DNA of 64,000 bases from an uncultured virus (IMG/VR IMGVR_UViG_3300043418_000182) (Duplodnaviria; Heunggongvirae; Uroviricota; Caudoviricetes; Schitoviridae): the IMG/VR virus record IMGVR_UViG_3300043418_000182; one strand, given 5' to 3'. The notes under the pieces were generated by a model that saw only the letters and a program-made list of their open reading frames with translations, did no database searches and was not told the origin of the DNA. Positions 63,778-64,000 of the stretch are shown one piece after another. The translations under genes and the position numbers were made by a program. Every line of letters starts with the position of its first letter. Positions within the stretch are counted from its first letter, which is position 1.

Positions 63778-64000
63778 GCGTAAACCTTTGGTTTTTGGGA
63801 CACGTAGTAAAACGTGATGGATGCAAGCAGCAGGCAAGTGGCCAAGACTGTGCAAGCGATGGTGATTAGAACTGTCTTCATCGCATGCTCCCTATGTGCG
63901 CAATGGTGTAAAAATTCCAAAGAATGAAGCCGATGAAAATCAGAACAATCACCCCGGTGAATCGGTTGGAAATGCGTTGTTGCTCTTGGTTTTCTTCTTG

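Noticed and set aside
1..64000. CRISPR array, introns/inteins, stop-codon reassignment, vRNAP hairpin promoters
   Set aside because: No regularly spaced repeats. Pol, RNR, terL and helicase are of normal length and uninterrupted under the standard code. The early region, where vRNAP promoters are expected, lies beyond the right edge.

Overview
This window is about 64 kb of an N4-like phage (Schitoviridae) genome with no bacterial chromosomal genes. The host is probably a betaproteobacterium, inferred from the H-NS type, the tRNA-Arg core and the tail modules. Layout: (1) 1-25.1 kb, + strand, the N4 late/virion block: terminase, gp67-like protein, portal, scaffold-like protein, major capsid, gp55-gp51-like proteins and a 3391-aa virion RNA polymerase, with a dUTPase on the - strand. 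(2) 25.1-25.7 kb, a non-coding stretch packed with structured-RNA elements, next to a phage H-NS gene. (3) 26-36.5 kb, - strand, replication and nucleotide genes (RuvC-like resolvase, Tad2-like and gp49/Acb4-like proteins, SSB, AAA ATPase, primase, exonuclease, class II RNR, ThyX). (4) 36.6-50.2 kb, + strand, a tail/receptor-binding array and an expanded lysis cassette. (5) 50.2-54 kb, an integration module: tyrosine integrase, DUF4224-type excisionase, and an attP made of the 3' half of tRNA-Arg(ACG) with a terminator, IHF sites and arm-type repeats. (6) 54.3-64 kb, - strand, DNA polymerase, helicase, vWA/MoxR pair and small middle genes. The main points of interest are the lysogeny hardware in a normally lytic N4-like phage (although the integrase lacks its first catalytic Arg), the ~600-nt structured RNA array beside H-NS, the tandem candidate signal-sponge anti-defence genes with a structured leader, a natural Tyr-to-Phe change in vRNAP motif B, and a ~70-aa insertion in the major capsid protein. 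All family assignments come from motif recognition and synteny; no database searches were run.
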